DNA of 37,798 nucleotides from a virus. This document shows positions 20,209 to 28,769 of the stretch, in pieces. The DNA lies in UHGV virus genome UHGV-1315295, one strand, 5' to 3'. Below the pieces are notes generated by a model, which saw only the letters and a list, made by a program, of their open reading frames with translations, did not search any database and had not been told where the DNA came from. The number at the start of each line of letters is the position of its first letter. Position 1 is the stretch's first letter. The position numbers and the translations under genes are program-made.

Positions 20209-21081
20209 ATGAGCGCAGTTTCAAACATTGTTAAAAACGATGACCTGGATGAATTGACTGCAATGCTGCAATCTCTCGAAGAACCGGTTCAGAAAGCTGC
20301 GAAAATGAGCGGTGTCGACGAGATCGACGATCTTCTTTCTGGTCTGGATGATGCAATCGCAAAACCAGTCGAGGCGGTAGCAGATGAAGTCATGAATGTC
20401 AGCTCTACCGGCGATCTGAGTGGCGTTCTGGAAGAGCTTGAGATTGCACACGAATCGGTGAAGGTCGAGGAGCCAGAGCGTGGCCCTATTGCGGAGATAG
20501 TGGACGAGCCAACACCTGAACTTGATGCTCGAAGCGCTGAGACCACCGATATAGCTCCAACGCTTTTACCTTCAGTGGAGTCTGGGCCTAAACCTGAAGA
20601 AGAGCAGCCAAAACACCAGAAGGCACAATCAAAGCGTGCGCCGACCAAACCTCGCTTCACGCTGGAGGGTAAGGATGAATCGTTCTATGTGACAGCCGGT
20701 CTGGATAGTGAGCGCTTTACTGCCGCATTTGAAGGCGCGCCGGTCAAAGCGAAAGACAAAATCTTAAACCTCCTGAACTGGTTTAGTGGTGGCCCGGAAA
20801 TCAGCGTCTACACGGTAATCGCAATGCGCCATATTCTTGATACGAACACGGCGACCAGCAATAGCATTAAACTGGCGCTAATGAGCTACCCGGAGAAACC
20901 ATATCCACTTAACACGGCTTCGACTCAGGCTGGCCAGATGATGGCTGTGTTTCCGGCCACAGGCATTGCCACCAGAGAAGGTGGAAATCTAACGCTTAAT
21001 AAAGAGTCGCCGATCGTCAAAAAATTCATAGCGGAGTATTCCATTGAACAATGTTCCTCTGCACGATCTAAAGCACCCTGA
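20209..21081 (+). CDS. Hypothetical protein with strongly acidic N-terminal half
   Basis: ATG 20209 with AAGGAG RBS; N-terminal ~170 aa rich in D/E. Confidence 0.5.
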   Translation: MSAVSNIVKNDDLDELTAMLQSLEEPVQKAAKMSGVDEIDDLLSGLDDAIAKPVEAVADEVMNVSSTGDLSGVLEELEIAHESVKVEEPERGPIAEIVDEPTPELDARSAETTDIAPTLLPSVESGPKPEEEQPKHQKAQSKRAPTKPRFTLEGKDESFYVTAGLDSERFTAAFEGAPVKAKDKILNLLNWFSGGPEISVYTVIAMRHILDTNTATSNSIKLALMSYPEKPYPLNTASTQAGQMMAVFPATGIATREGGNLTLNKESPIVKKFIAEYSIEQCSSARSKAP

Positions 21082-21127
21082 GAGCTTTAGGACGCTGGGT
21101 AAGCTAATTGCATACCCAGCATCGATA

Positions 21128-21180
21128 AAACGCGCCAGAGAGCTTCCCGTTTGCGAATCTGGCGCGTTCTTCTTTGTTTG
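21128..21180 (+). terminator. Hairpin terminator-like element with large loop
   Basis: AACGCGCCAGA ... TCTGGCGCGTT (11-bp perfect stem, 19-nt loop) followed by a T-rich tract. Confidence 0.35.
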
Positions 21181-21204
21181 CTATCCGTTGGATTAAATGA
21201 AAAA

Positions 21205-21224
21205 ATAGGTAAGTATTTACCTAT
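21205..21224. promoter_or_regulatory. Palindrome ATAGGTAAGTATTTACCTAT (family 1) 12 nt upstream of the Dam-like gene start
   Basis: Near-perfect 20-bp palindrome; one of about 10 family members. Confidence 0.4.
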
Positions 21225-21236
21225 CAGAGTAAAGTA

Positions 21237-21830
21237 ATGATCGCAGCCGAAAAAATCAAAAAGCGAGAGCGTGATGCCTCTCTTCGCGACCTTTGGCGAA
21301 CACCGCAGTGGTTGTTTGTCGCCATCCAACGTTACATAGGCGTAAAGTTCGATGTGGACGTCGCCTGCAACAAAGATAATGCTCTCCTGCTGAACTTTAT
21401 CGGTGTTGAGCGTGATGCGCTCAAGTGCAGTTGGGGAGAACCTGGCACTGTGGCGTTCCTTAACCCGCCCTACTCCAAAATCACCCCCTGGATAGACGCA
21501 GCCATTCGCGAGCAGGCGCGTGGAGTGACGACGGTCATGCTGATACCACAATCCCTCGATACGCAGTGGTACGAGCGTGCGGCTGAATGCGCCAACGAAA
21601 CCGTCATCTTGTCTGGCGGCCGCGTGGCGTTCGTTGAGCCGGATGTTGAACTTGGGCTGGTGGAGGTGAACATCAACCCTGGTGGCAGCATGTTGCTTAT
21701 CTTCCGTGGCTACTGTCAGGAAGCTGGGCACACCATCAGCAAGATACCGCTGGCGGTGATGAAAAAGCTGGGTGGTTATGACCCTGCCAATGTTGTCAGG
21801 AAGAAGAGACCACGTAAAAAGGCAGCGTAA
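21237..21830 (+). CDS. Phage-type N6-adenine DNA methyltransferase (Dam-like)
   Basis: LWRTPQWLF...VDVACNKDNA...AFLNPPYS (NPPY catalytic motif); layout typical of phage Dam-type methyltransferases. Confidence 0.75.
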   Translation: MIAAEKIKKRERDASLRDLWRTPQWLFVAIQRYIGVKFDVDVACNKDNALLLNFIGVERDALKCSWGEPGTVAFLNPPYSKITPWIDAAIREQARGVTTVMLIPQSLDTQWYERAAECANETVILSGGRVAFVEPDVELGLVEVNINPGGSMLLIFRGYCQEAGHTISKIPLAVMKKLGGYDPANVVRKKRPRKKAA

Positions 21831-22032
21831 ACACCAGTCTGGGAGTTAGTTTGAGAACCTGCTTCCGTATATATAAATAACTAAGTACTAATTATTAATA
21901 TATACAGACGCAGGCTTTTTAAGACGTGATTTCCAAACAACTCCCAGACCGTTTTACACCTCCAGAACCCACTGGAGTCCCTCTCCAGACGCTCTAGAAT
22001 CGATTTTATGAACCACAGTAAGGAAAACTATC

Positions 22033-22263
22033 ATGGTATACCCGACGAACGTCGTAGCGCTCGTTGAGAGCGATTTTCTGGCCACAGTGCGCGACATGAT
22101 GAAAGATCGCGATAAGGCTTTCAGTCTCTACGAATGGTCGCTCAAATGTCTTCATTCAGGCGAGCACAAAGAGCTGGTGGAGCAGCTGTTAGGGGAACTC
22201 ATCAATGAGGTGTTTGCCCTGAACGTCCAGCTTCATGGGCGAGAAATTAATCAATCAATATAA
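22033..22263 (+). CDS. Hypothetical small protein (76 aa)
   Basis: ATG 22033 with AAGGA RBS. Confidence 0.45.
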   Translation: MVYPTNVVALVESDFLATVRDMMKDRDKAFSLYEWSLKCLHSGEHKELVEQLLGELINEVFALNVQLHGREINQSI

Positions 22264-22280
22264 TAGGTAAGTACTTACCA

Positions 22281-22309
22281 TTCAAAACGCCACTAACCAG
22301 TGATACAAT
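22281..22309 (+). promoter_or_regulatory. Candidate sigma70 promoter with extended -10: TTCAAA - 17 bp - TGaTACAAT
   Basis: -35 TTCAAA 22281-22286, TG 22301-22302, -10 TACAAT 22304-22309; reads into a 540-bp region with no credible ORF. Confidence 0.45.
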
Positions 22310-22856
22310 CTATCCGCTTCCGGATACTTTCGGCAGCTCGACCTGATGGGTGGGGGATAGCGTCACTGGCGTCAGGTTTAAAAAAGCTCACTACCAGCGT
22401 AGAACCGGCACCGTTTAGGGGTTGGGGAAGGGGGAACCAAAGTGGGCAGAGAGAAGGGTCACTTTATGATTGTCGAGTCTGGAGTGTTTCGAGAGGTTGA
22501 ATCCAGTACTCCCCTTCATAAAGTGTGGGAAGATCTCGGTTCTGGGGTGCTGTCATCCATAACTTCCCAAGCCTAAGCTGGCAGTAGACTTAGGTCATAA
22601 CTTTTCAGGTTATGAAACGACCAGGTTGGTGAGGAAATTTTGTACTCACCTCCCTGGGAGAGTATTACCTGAAAAGACAACCTCTCACTTCGTTCGAGGT
22701 GAACTTCACTCACTTCGTTCGTTCAGTTCAGGTTTTATTAAAACCTGTTCTGGGAAGTAATTTTTCTTTTCTAAAAAATTTTTAATATTTACACGCACGC
22801 GTGCGCACACGCGCGAGGGAAAAAAAATCGTCGCGGCGCACGATTCTGGAGCCAAA

Positions 22857-23465
22857 ATGACGACCAAGAACCCAGTCCGGCAACGCACTGGCTGCCGCAC
22901 GAAGTCTAAAGCCAGATGCCAAACCCACCAGCATTCCCGTACCAATTTCAACACACCCGTAGTCGAGTTCAATCCCCAGCTCAAAACCGTAAAAGTATTC
23001 AGTGATGGCTCCTGCCTCAAAAATCCGGGCGGGCCGGGCGGTTACGGCATCGTTCTCCAGTATCGAGGCGAAGAGCGCGAGCTTTCTGAGGGCTTCCACA
23101 GCACGACCAACAATCGGATGGAGATGATGGGCGCCCTGATTGCGCTGGAGCGTCTGAAGTACCCCTGCAACGTGATCCTGCATTCCGACAGCCAGTATCT
23201 TAAAAACGGCATGACGCTCTGGATGAAAGGCTGGAAGCGTAACGGATGGATCACGTCTGAGAAGAAGCCAGTCAAAAACGTGGATCTCTGGAAACGTCTC
23301 GACGCGGCCGCCAGTCGTCATAATGTCCGCTGGAAGTGGGTTAAAGGCCATGCAGGTCATCGCGAGAACGAAATGTGTGACCGTCTGGCGAAGATCGCCG
23401 CCTATTCCGCAGCTGATATGCCTCACAAGCATGATATTGGGTTTTTGTCACAAAAAGATAAGTAA
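22857..23465 (+). CDS. rnhA: Ribonuclease HI with a ~45-aa basic N-terminal extension
   Basis: [20 protein letters not shown]...[16 protein letters not shown]...HSDSQY...[20 protein letters not shown] matches RNase HI throughout; GGAG RBS before ATG 22857. Confidence 0.8.
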   Translation: MTTKNPVRQRTGCRTKSKARCQTHQHSRTNFNTPVVEFNPQLKTVKVFSDGSCLKNPGGPGGYGIVLQYRGEERELSEGFHSTTNNRMEMMGALIALERLKYPCNVILHSDSQYLKNGMTLWMKGWKRNGWITSEKKPVKNVDLWKRLDAAASRHNVRWKWVKGHAGHRENEMCDRLAKIAAYSAADMPHKHDIGFLSQKDK

Positions 23466-23607
23466 GTATTTACCTACTATAATAAATCAGGTATCTTATA
23501 AATCGTCAGGATGACGAAGTACCGGTTAGGTACGGTTCCAGGATGGAACGCCAAAAGGCGGCTGGCCAAGCCAGCCGCAACTCTTTCTGACACTGAATGG
23601 AATCCAC

Positions 23608-24108
23608 ATGGCCCGTCAAACGTCTTTCACTTCTTTCAATAAACGTCCCCGTTCAATTCGCCAGGTGCTGACCGAGCTGTTTAGTGGTCGTGTTTCCGCA
23701 CGCCTTGCGGAACTGGAAGAACGAGTGTTTGAACTGGAGAAGCGCATTAATGCGCAAGCTACCGCCATAGCTAATCTGGGCACGACAGTAGGCATGGAGA
23801 AGGTGCGTAATAGCGTCGCTTCTCGTGTGTTGCGTGAAACCCGGACACACAAGGACAGTTCTCATGGAAAATTTTCAACGAAATCGACTGAAGCCAATGG
23901 CCTACGGAGTGATTTTGGCAACTCTGGCAGCGATTACCGTACCAGCCGGTCAGAGCCTTTTGATGCCGGGCACAGCTACTTCCACTGCCACCACAGCCTT
24001 GCAGATGACACCCCTGCCCGAACGACCTCCTGTCTCTCTGGATGGGATGCTGATGGACACGATTCCAGCTCGACCTGCGACTCCGGATCTTCCTTCTGCT
24101 GTGACTGA
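23608..24108 (+). CDS. Hypothetical protein; N-terminal coiled-coil-like part plausible, C-terminal S/C/H-rich part questionable
   Basis: ORF track; overlaps an alternative-frame ORF over 23865-24108. Confidence 0.3.
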   Translation: MARQTSFTSFNKRPRSIRQVLTELFSGRVSARLAELEERVFELEKRINAQATAIANLGTTVGMEKVRNSVASRVLRETRTHKDSSHGKFSTKSTEANGLRSDFGNSGSDYRTSRSEPFDAGHSYFHCHHSLADDTPARTTSCLSGWDADGHDSSSTCDSGSSFCCD

Positions 24109-24121
24109 GGCTATTGTATGA
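23865..24121 (+). CDS. Hypothetical Pro/Thr-rich protein with N-terminal hydrophobic segment (frame overlapping 23608-24108)
   Basis: ATG 23865 with AAGGA RBS 9 nt upstream; stop overlaps ATG 24118 (ATGA). Confidence 0.3.
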
Positions 24122-24306
24122 AATGGAACTTCCAGAAATTCACCTTGATGATTGTTGGCTTTACCGTTTTTTTGTTTAGCGGCTGGATCATGAATCTGGT
24201 GAAACTTGTGAACGATGGCGATCTCCAGTCTCATGCCGGAGTGACACTTGCGCGTGTCGTGGGCATTTTCGTTGTTCCGGTAGGCGGCATCCTCGGGTTC
24301 TTTTGA
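24118..24306 (+). CDS. Small membrane protein (62 aa, two hydrophobic segments)
   Basis: ORF track; hydrophobic stretches LMIVGFTVFLFSGWIM and VVGIFVVPVGGILGFF. Confidence 0.4.
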   Translation: MKWNFQKFTLMIVGFTVFLFSGWIMNLVKLVNDGDLQSHAGVTLARVVGIFVVPVGGILGFF

Positions 24307-24374
24307 TGCTGAATGCTTTTCTGCATTGTTAAAACAAATTGTTTAGACAAATGATTAATGAGAGTTAACAACAA

Positions 24375-24396
24375 GGGCCGCTGACGGCCCTTTTGT
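24375..24396 (+). terminator. Hairpin with U-tract (terminator or attenuator) 17 nt upstream of the Rha-family gene
   Basis: GGGCCG-ctga-CGGCCC followed by TTTTGT. Confidence 0.5.
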
Positions 24397-24412
24397 ACTG
24401 AATGGAAAACGT

Positions 24413-25228
24413 ATGTTTGAGGTAACTGCACACGCTCCCAGCACCACAGGCTTACATGCCAGGCCATCGATGACCAGTCAGGAGATCGCCGAAATGGTCG
24501 GCAGTCGCCATGACAGCGTAAAACGCACCATTGAAAGACTCGCTAAATCCGGCGTTATTACTTTTCCACCAATGGTGGAAAAGCCCACTGCCGGGCGTCC
24601 GGCTACGTTTTACTTGTTCGAAGCCGAACAGGGTAAGCGCGACAGTATCGTTGTCGTGGCACAGCTTTCTCCTGAATTTACCGCACGTCTTGTTGATCGG
24701 TGGAGAGAGCTTGAATCCATGTTTGCCTACCACGGAACGCCTGCTATTCCGCGTACCTATAAAGAAGCGCTGGTTCATTTGCTGCGCCAGGTTGAGGAAA
24801 ACGAGCGTCTGGAGAGTGAGAACGAGGCGTTGGGCGTAGCACTATCCAACGCAAAGCCAAAAGCCATTCTCATGGACACCATTTGCGGCACTGCTGATGA
24901 ACTTTATGGGTTGAATGAAGCCGGTCGCATTCTCGGCACGTCCGGGGCTGTTCTGGGGGCGCTGATGGATTCGCTGGGTGATGTGTATGTTAAGCGCAAA
25001 TACACCACAGTTAGTCGCCAGTTTCTCAAGATCTTCATTGACCGTGGATATGGCAAAAATGTTGTCATCGGAAACGGTCGCAACCAGGCCAAGTTCACCT
25101 TTAAAGGGCTTTGCTTTGCAGCTGTGAAACTAATTGCAGCCGGGTTGATTGCCTCCAGCGCCATTGAATATGAGCCGTGTCGTGAGCATGTCGAACGTGC
25201 AATGAAGGAATCCAAACGTCTTCATTGA
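24413..25228 (+). CDS. Rha-family phage regulatory protein (putative antirepressor)
   Basis: N-terminal MTSQEIAEMVGSRHDSVKRTIERLAKSG resembles the Rha domain; alternative start ATG 24470. Confidence 0.65.
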   Translation: MFEVTAHAPSTTGLHARPSMTSQEIAEMVGSRHDSVKRTIERLAKSGVITFPPMVEKPTAGRPATFYLFEAEQGKRDSIVVVAQLSPEFTARLVDRWRELESMFAYHGTPAIPRTYKEALVHLLRQVEENERLESENEALGVALSNAKPKAILMDTICGTADELYGLNEAGRILGTSGAVLGALMDSLGDVYVKRKYTTVSRQFLKIFIDRGYGKNVVIGNGRNQAKFTFKGLCFAAVKLIAAGLIASSAIEYEPCREHVERAMKESKRLH

Positions 25229-25336
25229 CCGTCAGTATGGACGTCCACCTTTATGTAGCGTTTGGCCACCTTTTCAGTCACGTCACAATAACACAATTGA
25301 GAAAACAACTTGTTTAAAAGCATAAGGAAAAAACAC

Positions 25337-25909
25337 ATGTGCGAAAAATGCAAAAAAACTAATGCCAAAGTTGAAAGCGTGATTAAAAAAGTTGGTGCGG
25401 CCGAACTGGTTGAGATCATGGGTCTTGTGGTTGGTCACGAAGACGACGCCTCCCCTATTGACCGCCTTTTCAGCGTTCTCAAGTTCTCAAGCATGATTGA
25501 TGATCCGATTGAAATTGTGATGCTGGCGCGTCATTTCGGCGAAGCGTATCTGGAAGAGAAAGAACGCGCCGACAAACTTCAGGCAACTCTGGAAATGGTA
25601 AGCAAGCCGAAGTGCTCACCGGATTCAGTCAAGGCAGATGAAACCAACGCCAGCAAAGATCGTGAAATCGCCGGGTTGAAGTCTTCTCTGGCGATGTTGC
25701 TGGCCGCCTTCAAACTGATGTCTTCCCAGGCTGGATTCAAAATGCCTGAGCTGAACAGCGACGATCCGATGGCCGTTCGCCAGCTGCTGGGGGCAATGGC
25801 CGACCAGCTTGACGACACCAAGAGCCGTCTTGAAGACATGATGCGCGAGCTGACCCACCGCCACAACCTGAACAAACAGCCGTACAAAACGCAGCACGTA
25901 CACCTCTAA
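25337..25909 (+). CDS. Hypothetical protein (190 aa)
   Basis: ATG 25337 with AAGGAAAAAACACATG context. Confidence 0.5.
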   Translation: MCEKCKKTNAKVESVIKKVGAAELVEIMGLVVGHEDDASPIDRLFSVLKFSSMIDDPIEIVMLARHFGEAYLEEKERADKLQATLEMVSKPKCSPDSVKADETNASKDREIAGLKSSLAMLLAAFKLMSSQAGFKMPELNSDDPMAVRQLLGAMADQLDDTKSRLEDMMRELTHRHNLNKQPYKTQHVHL

Positions 25910-25926
25910 TCTCTCACCTGCGTACA

Positions 25927-25947
25927 GGGGACGAAAGCCCCCTTTTT
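25927..25947 (+). terminator. Rho-independent terminator
   Basis: GGGG-acgaaag-CCCCC followed by TTTTT. Confidence 0.5.
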
Positions 25948-26022
25948 ACGTCTTAAATCAGCTGCAACGCCTGTGAATGCTGCTTTTACGCCTTTTTAGC
26001 TTTGAGAAAATAACACCAATAA

Positions 26023-26039
26023 GAAAACAATTTGTTTAA
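26023..26039. promoter_or_regulatory. Palindrome GAAAACAATTTGTTTAA (family 2) 10 nt upstream of ATG 26050
   Basis: Inverted repeat AAACAA/TTGTTT; one of 13 copies. Confidence 0.4.
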
Positions 26040-26049
26040 TGGTGCAATC

Positions 26050-27735
26050 ATGAATACAGCCCTTTCCATCATTGACGCTTTCACCCCAAACACTGATATC
26101 GACTACCGGCAGGAAATGAACGTCATTCACGAAATAGTGGTCGAGTGCGAGAAAGAGATCGCATTCATGCATCAGGTTCACGACTTCGTTTATGGCGACG
26201 AACGCCACAGCATGATTAACCGCTTGCTGCGGCTCAATCACCGGCCGGACGACGAGCGCACACGCTTTAACAGAACCTGGCTGGACAAAGTCGACCTGGA
26301 ATGGGTGAAACAAAATATCTGGGCCGAGTACTGGAAGAAGGTCACGGATATGACCAACGTTCTGCTGATCATGCCAGCATCCCGCCGCGACGAGTGGCGT
26401 GAACAGTTTATCGAGGGCAAGCAGGAAACGATCAAGACTGACAGAACTGGCTATCAGATGAAGGTTAAAGAGTTCGTTGGTGTACCTGAGTTCAAAGCAG
26501 AAACGGTCATACCAACGATGCTTAATTTGCTGAATGACAGGCACAAATATCTCTCTGAGCGCGTGTATGGCTTGTTTAAGGCGTTGAGTCCTGCTCACAA
26601 GACCAATAAAACGAACGGCTTCAGCGAACGTCTGATCATCGCCGACTGCATTTCCGATTTCTGGCGGGACAGCGTCAGCGTTAACTACCGGAAAGAGGAT
26701 TACATAGACGACCTGCGCGTCATGTTGCATTTCTTTGCACACAAAGAATTTATCACCATCAACCGCACGGCCGAGATGCTGTCAGCTGCGTATCGAGCAA
26801 ATGACTGCCAGACCGGCGACTGGATGAATGTCGACGGAAATCTGATGCGTGTGAAGATGTTTAAGAACGGCAACGTTCACTTTGAAATACATCCTGACGT
26901 AGCCTGGAAGCTGAATGAGGTGCTGGCTTACAGTATGCCCGCTGCAATTCCGGCTCCATGTCGTACTGCGCCCAAAACACGGGCACCAAAACAGTTCGGG
27001 TTAATCCAGAAGACGATCTCCGAGCCGGTGCGTACTGCGCTTCGCGACGGGCGATCTGGCAATGACAAACGCGTATGGTACTTCTCTGATTCCGGTCTCC
27101 AGAAGTCACAGGTGGAAGAGCTGGAGCGTACACTGAGCTTTATTGGCGGCGTGCAGGAGAACAAGCACTGGCAGTTCCCGTATGAGATCGGCCATACGCT
27201 CAATACGATTGTGGCCACCGGCTTAATACCGGATACAAAATCACACCAGTTCTACCCTACTCCGCGTTTGATAGCGGAGTACGTTGCCAGAGCCATCGAG
27301 CTGAAGCCAGGTGAGAAGCTGCTGGAGCCTGAAGCCGGGCGCGGAGATCTGCTGGCCTGCATCGACGCCAATCCGGAAGACGTTACCTGCATAGAAGTCG
27401 CACCTCTCTTCGCTGATATCCTGCTTGGCAAGGGGTACACAAATACGGTCTGCTGCGACTTCATGAAGTGGTCTGAGGACAACGCAGGTTATCAGTTCGA
27501 CAAAATCGTCATGAACCCGCCCTACTCTCTTGGCCGTCACAGAGAGCATACGCTGGCCGCGCTGGAGCATCTTAAAGTCGGCGGGCGACTGGTGGCTGTA
27601 CTGCCGGGTGATGCGCCAGTTCTGAACTGGATGTCGCTGGATAATTACGTTTATGCCAAAGGGAAGTCGTTTACTGACGAGTTTGAAGACACCGGGATTA
27701 CTGTCAGCGTATACGTTTTTAAACGCGTTAAATGA
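26050..27735 (+). CDS. DNA methyltransferase fusion protein: ~380-aa N-terminal domain of unknown function plus C-terminal N6-adenine methyltransferase domain
   Basis: C-terminal QFYPTPRLIAEYVA (motif X-like), LEPEAGRGDLL (AdoMet motif I-like), IVMNPPYS (motif IV); N-terminal 380 aa has no motif I recognise. Confidence 0.65.
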   Translation: MNTALSIIDAFTPNTDIDYRQEMNVIHEIVVECEKEIAFMHQVHDFVYGDERHSMINRLLRLNHRPDDERTRFNRTWLDKVDLEWVKQNIWAEYWKKVTDMTNVLLIMPASRRDEWREQFIEGKQETIKTDRTGYQMKVKEFVGVPEFKAETVIPTMLNLLNDRHKYLSERVYGLFKALSPAHKTNKTNGFSERLIIADCISDFWRDSVSVNYRKEDYIDDLRVMLHFFAHKEFITINRTAEMLSAAYRANDCQTGDWMNVDGNLMRVKMFKNGNVHFEIHPDVAWKLNEVLAYSMPAAIPAPCRTAPKTRAPKQFGLIQKTISEPVRTALRDGRSGNDKRVWYFSDSGLQKSQVEELERTLSFIGGVQENKHWQFPYEIGHTLNTIVATGLIPDTKSHQFYPTPRLIAEYVARAIELKPGEKLLEPEAGRGDLLACIDANPEDVTCIEVAPLFADILLGKGYTNTVCCDFMKWSEDNAGYQFDKIVMNPPYSLGRHREHTLAALEHLKVGGRLVAVLPGDAPVLNWMSLDNYVYAKGKSFTDEFEDTGITVSVYVFKRVK

Positions 27736-27755
27736 TAGGTAAGTACTTACCTAAT
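27735..27755. promoter_or_regulatory. Palindrome TAGGTAAGTACTTACCTA (family 1) overlapping the methyltransferase-fusion stop codon
   Basis: Perfect 18-bp palindrome. Confidence 0.4.
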
Positions 27756-27797
27756 TTATGTAAGAATATAGTGACTATATGATAAGAGAAAAAACAC

Positions 27798-28487
27798 ATG
27801 AGCAATCTTCCGTTAGAGCGTTTTAACGTCAAAAGCCATGCCGACTTTCCTTTCAAATTTGTAATGAGAGGTTATGCAGAGGAAGCAGTAGGCCAGATCA
27901 TCATTGACAAAGGCATTGTTAAGTTTGAAGGGGATTATGATGAATCCGCGAAAACATTCATAGACTTCGTTGCTAAACGTTGGAGCGAGCAATGGAGAGA
28001 CCTGGAAAAACGTGCTCGTGAATTTGATGCATTCATGTCTGCAATTGATACAGAAAAAACGGCTCTGGCTGCGGGTACTCCGTTAGATTTGGAGTCTCTG
28101 TTTAAAGGTGAAATGGCCTCTACGATGTTCGCAACCATGTTTGCCGGTGAGTTTGTTCGTAGCGGGGCCAGAAACTACCTGGAGCTGGGGTACGACGTTC
28201 CTGAAATGGGTGAGTTTACCGTCACCATTCAACGCAAAGAAGGTAAGACTCCTGGCGAACGTATCGCTGAACTTGAGGCCGTTGTGGATCAGCGTAACGG
28301 CGAGTGCGTCCGTTTGATTAATGAACGTGATGCGCTGCGCGAAGAGCAGCTAAACAAAGGCTCGAACACACGCGCGGCCGCAGACATCTACTTCCAGTTG
28401 GTTGAGGAATGCCAGATCCCGCCAGGTGGCTCTTTGGTCGAGTTCGTTCGCGAATTGCAGGAGAAAGCAGAGAGGTGCGCGGCATGA
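27798..28487 (+). CDS. Hypothetical protein (229 aa)
   Basis: ATG 27798 with GAGAAAAAACACATG context. Confidence 0.5.
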   Translation: MSNLPLERFNVKSHADFPFKFVMRGYAEEAVGQIIIDKGIVKFEGDYDESAKTFIDFVAKRWSEQWRDLEKRAREFDAFMSAIDTEKTALAAGTPLDLESLFKGEMASTMFATMFAGEFVRSGARNYLELGYDVPEMGEFTVTIQRKEGKTPGERIAELEAVVDQRNGECVRLINERDALREEQLNKGSNTRAAADIYFQLVEECQIPPGGSLVEFVRELQEKAERCAA

Positions 28488-28723
28488 ATGATCTGCTTGT
28501 CGAGCGAGTCTCCGCTTTTGTTAAGTCCCCGCTGAATAATCCCCTCACCCGCGGTGAGCAGATGGAACTGGCAAGGTGGTTTCTGCGTATCCATGAGCAG
28601 ATGGAAGTTTTTAAACAGTTGCCGGATCTGCCCATTACAGACGGCCAAATTCAGTGTGCCACTTCAGTACGGTCGACGATGACAACGACGCAAACCTGCT
28701 TTTCGTCAAATCCGAAATCATAA
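28484..28723 (+). CDS. Hypothetical small protein (79 aa); possibly the 5' part of a frameshifted gene
   Basis: ATGA overlap with the upstream stop; C-terminal residues look like out-of-frame read-through. Confidence 0.3.
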   Translation: MNDLLVERVSAFVKSPLNNPLTRGEQMELARWFLRIHEQMEVFKQLPDLPITDGQIQCATSVRSTMTTTQTCFSSNPKS

Positions 28724-28769
28724 AGTTGCGCAGGGAGAGAGAGAAATCGACGCAGAGCAGGCCCGCAAT

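Noticed and set aside
22300-22500. 66-aa ORF (+) from the ORF track
   Set aside because: Its start lies within the predicted promoter, ahead of the predicted transcription start; translation runs through the G-tracts giving a G/R/W-rich low-complexity product; no RBS.
22264-22856. Possible tRNA or other small structured RNA gene
   Set aside because: I could not find a consistent cloverleaf; the GGTTGAATCC-like stretch near 22496 lacks complementary T-stem arms and an acceptor stem. It cannot be excluded without tRNAscan or Infernal, so it is kept as a noncoding-region finding rather than an RNA gene call.
23608-24306. Interpretation as a phage spanin or lysis cassette (embedded Rz1-like gene)
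   Set aside because: The outer ORF lacks an N-terminal transmembrane segment and the embedded ORF lacks a lipobox cysteine; no holin or endolysin is nearby.
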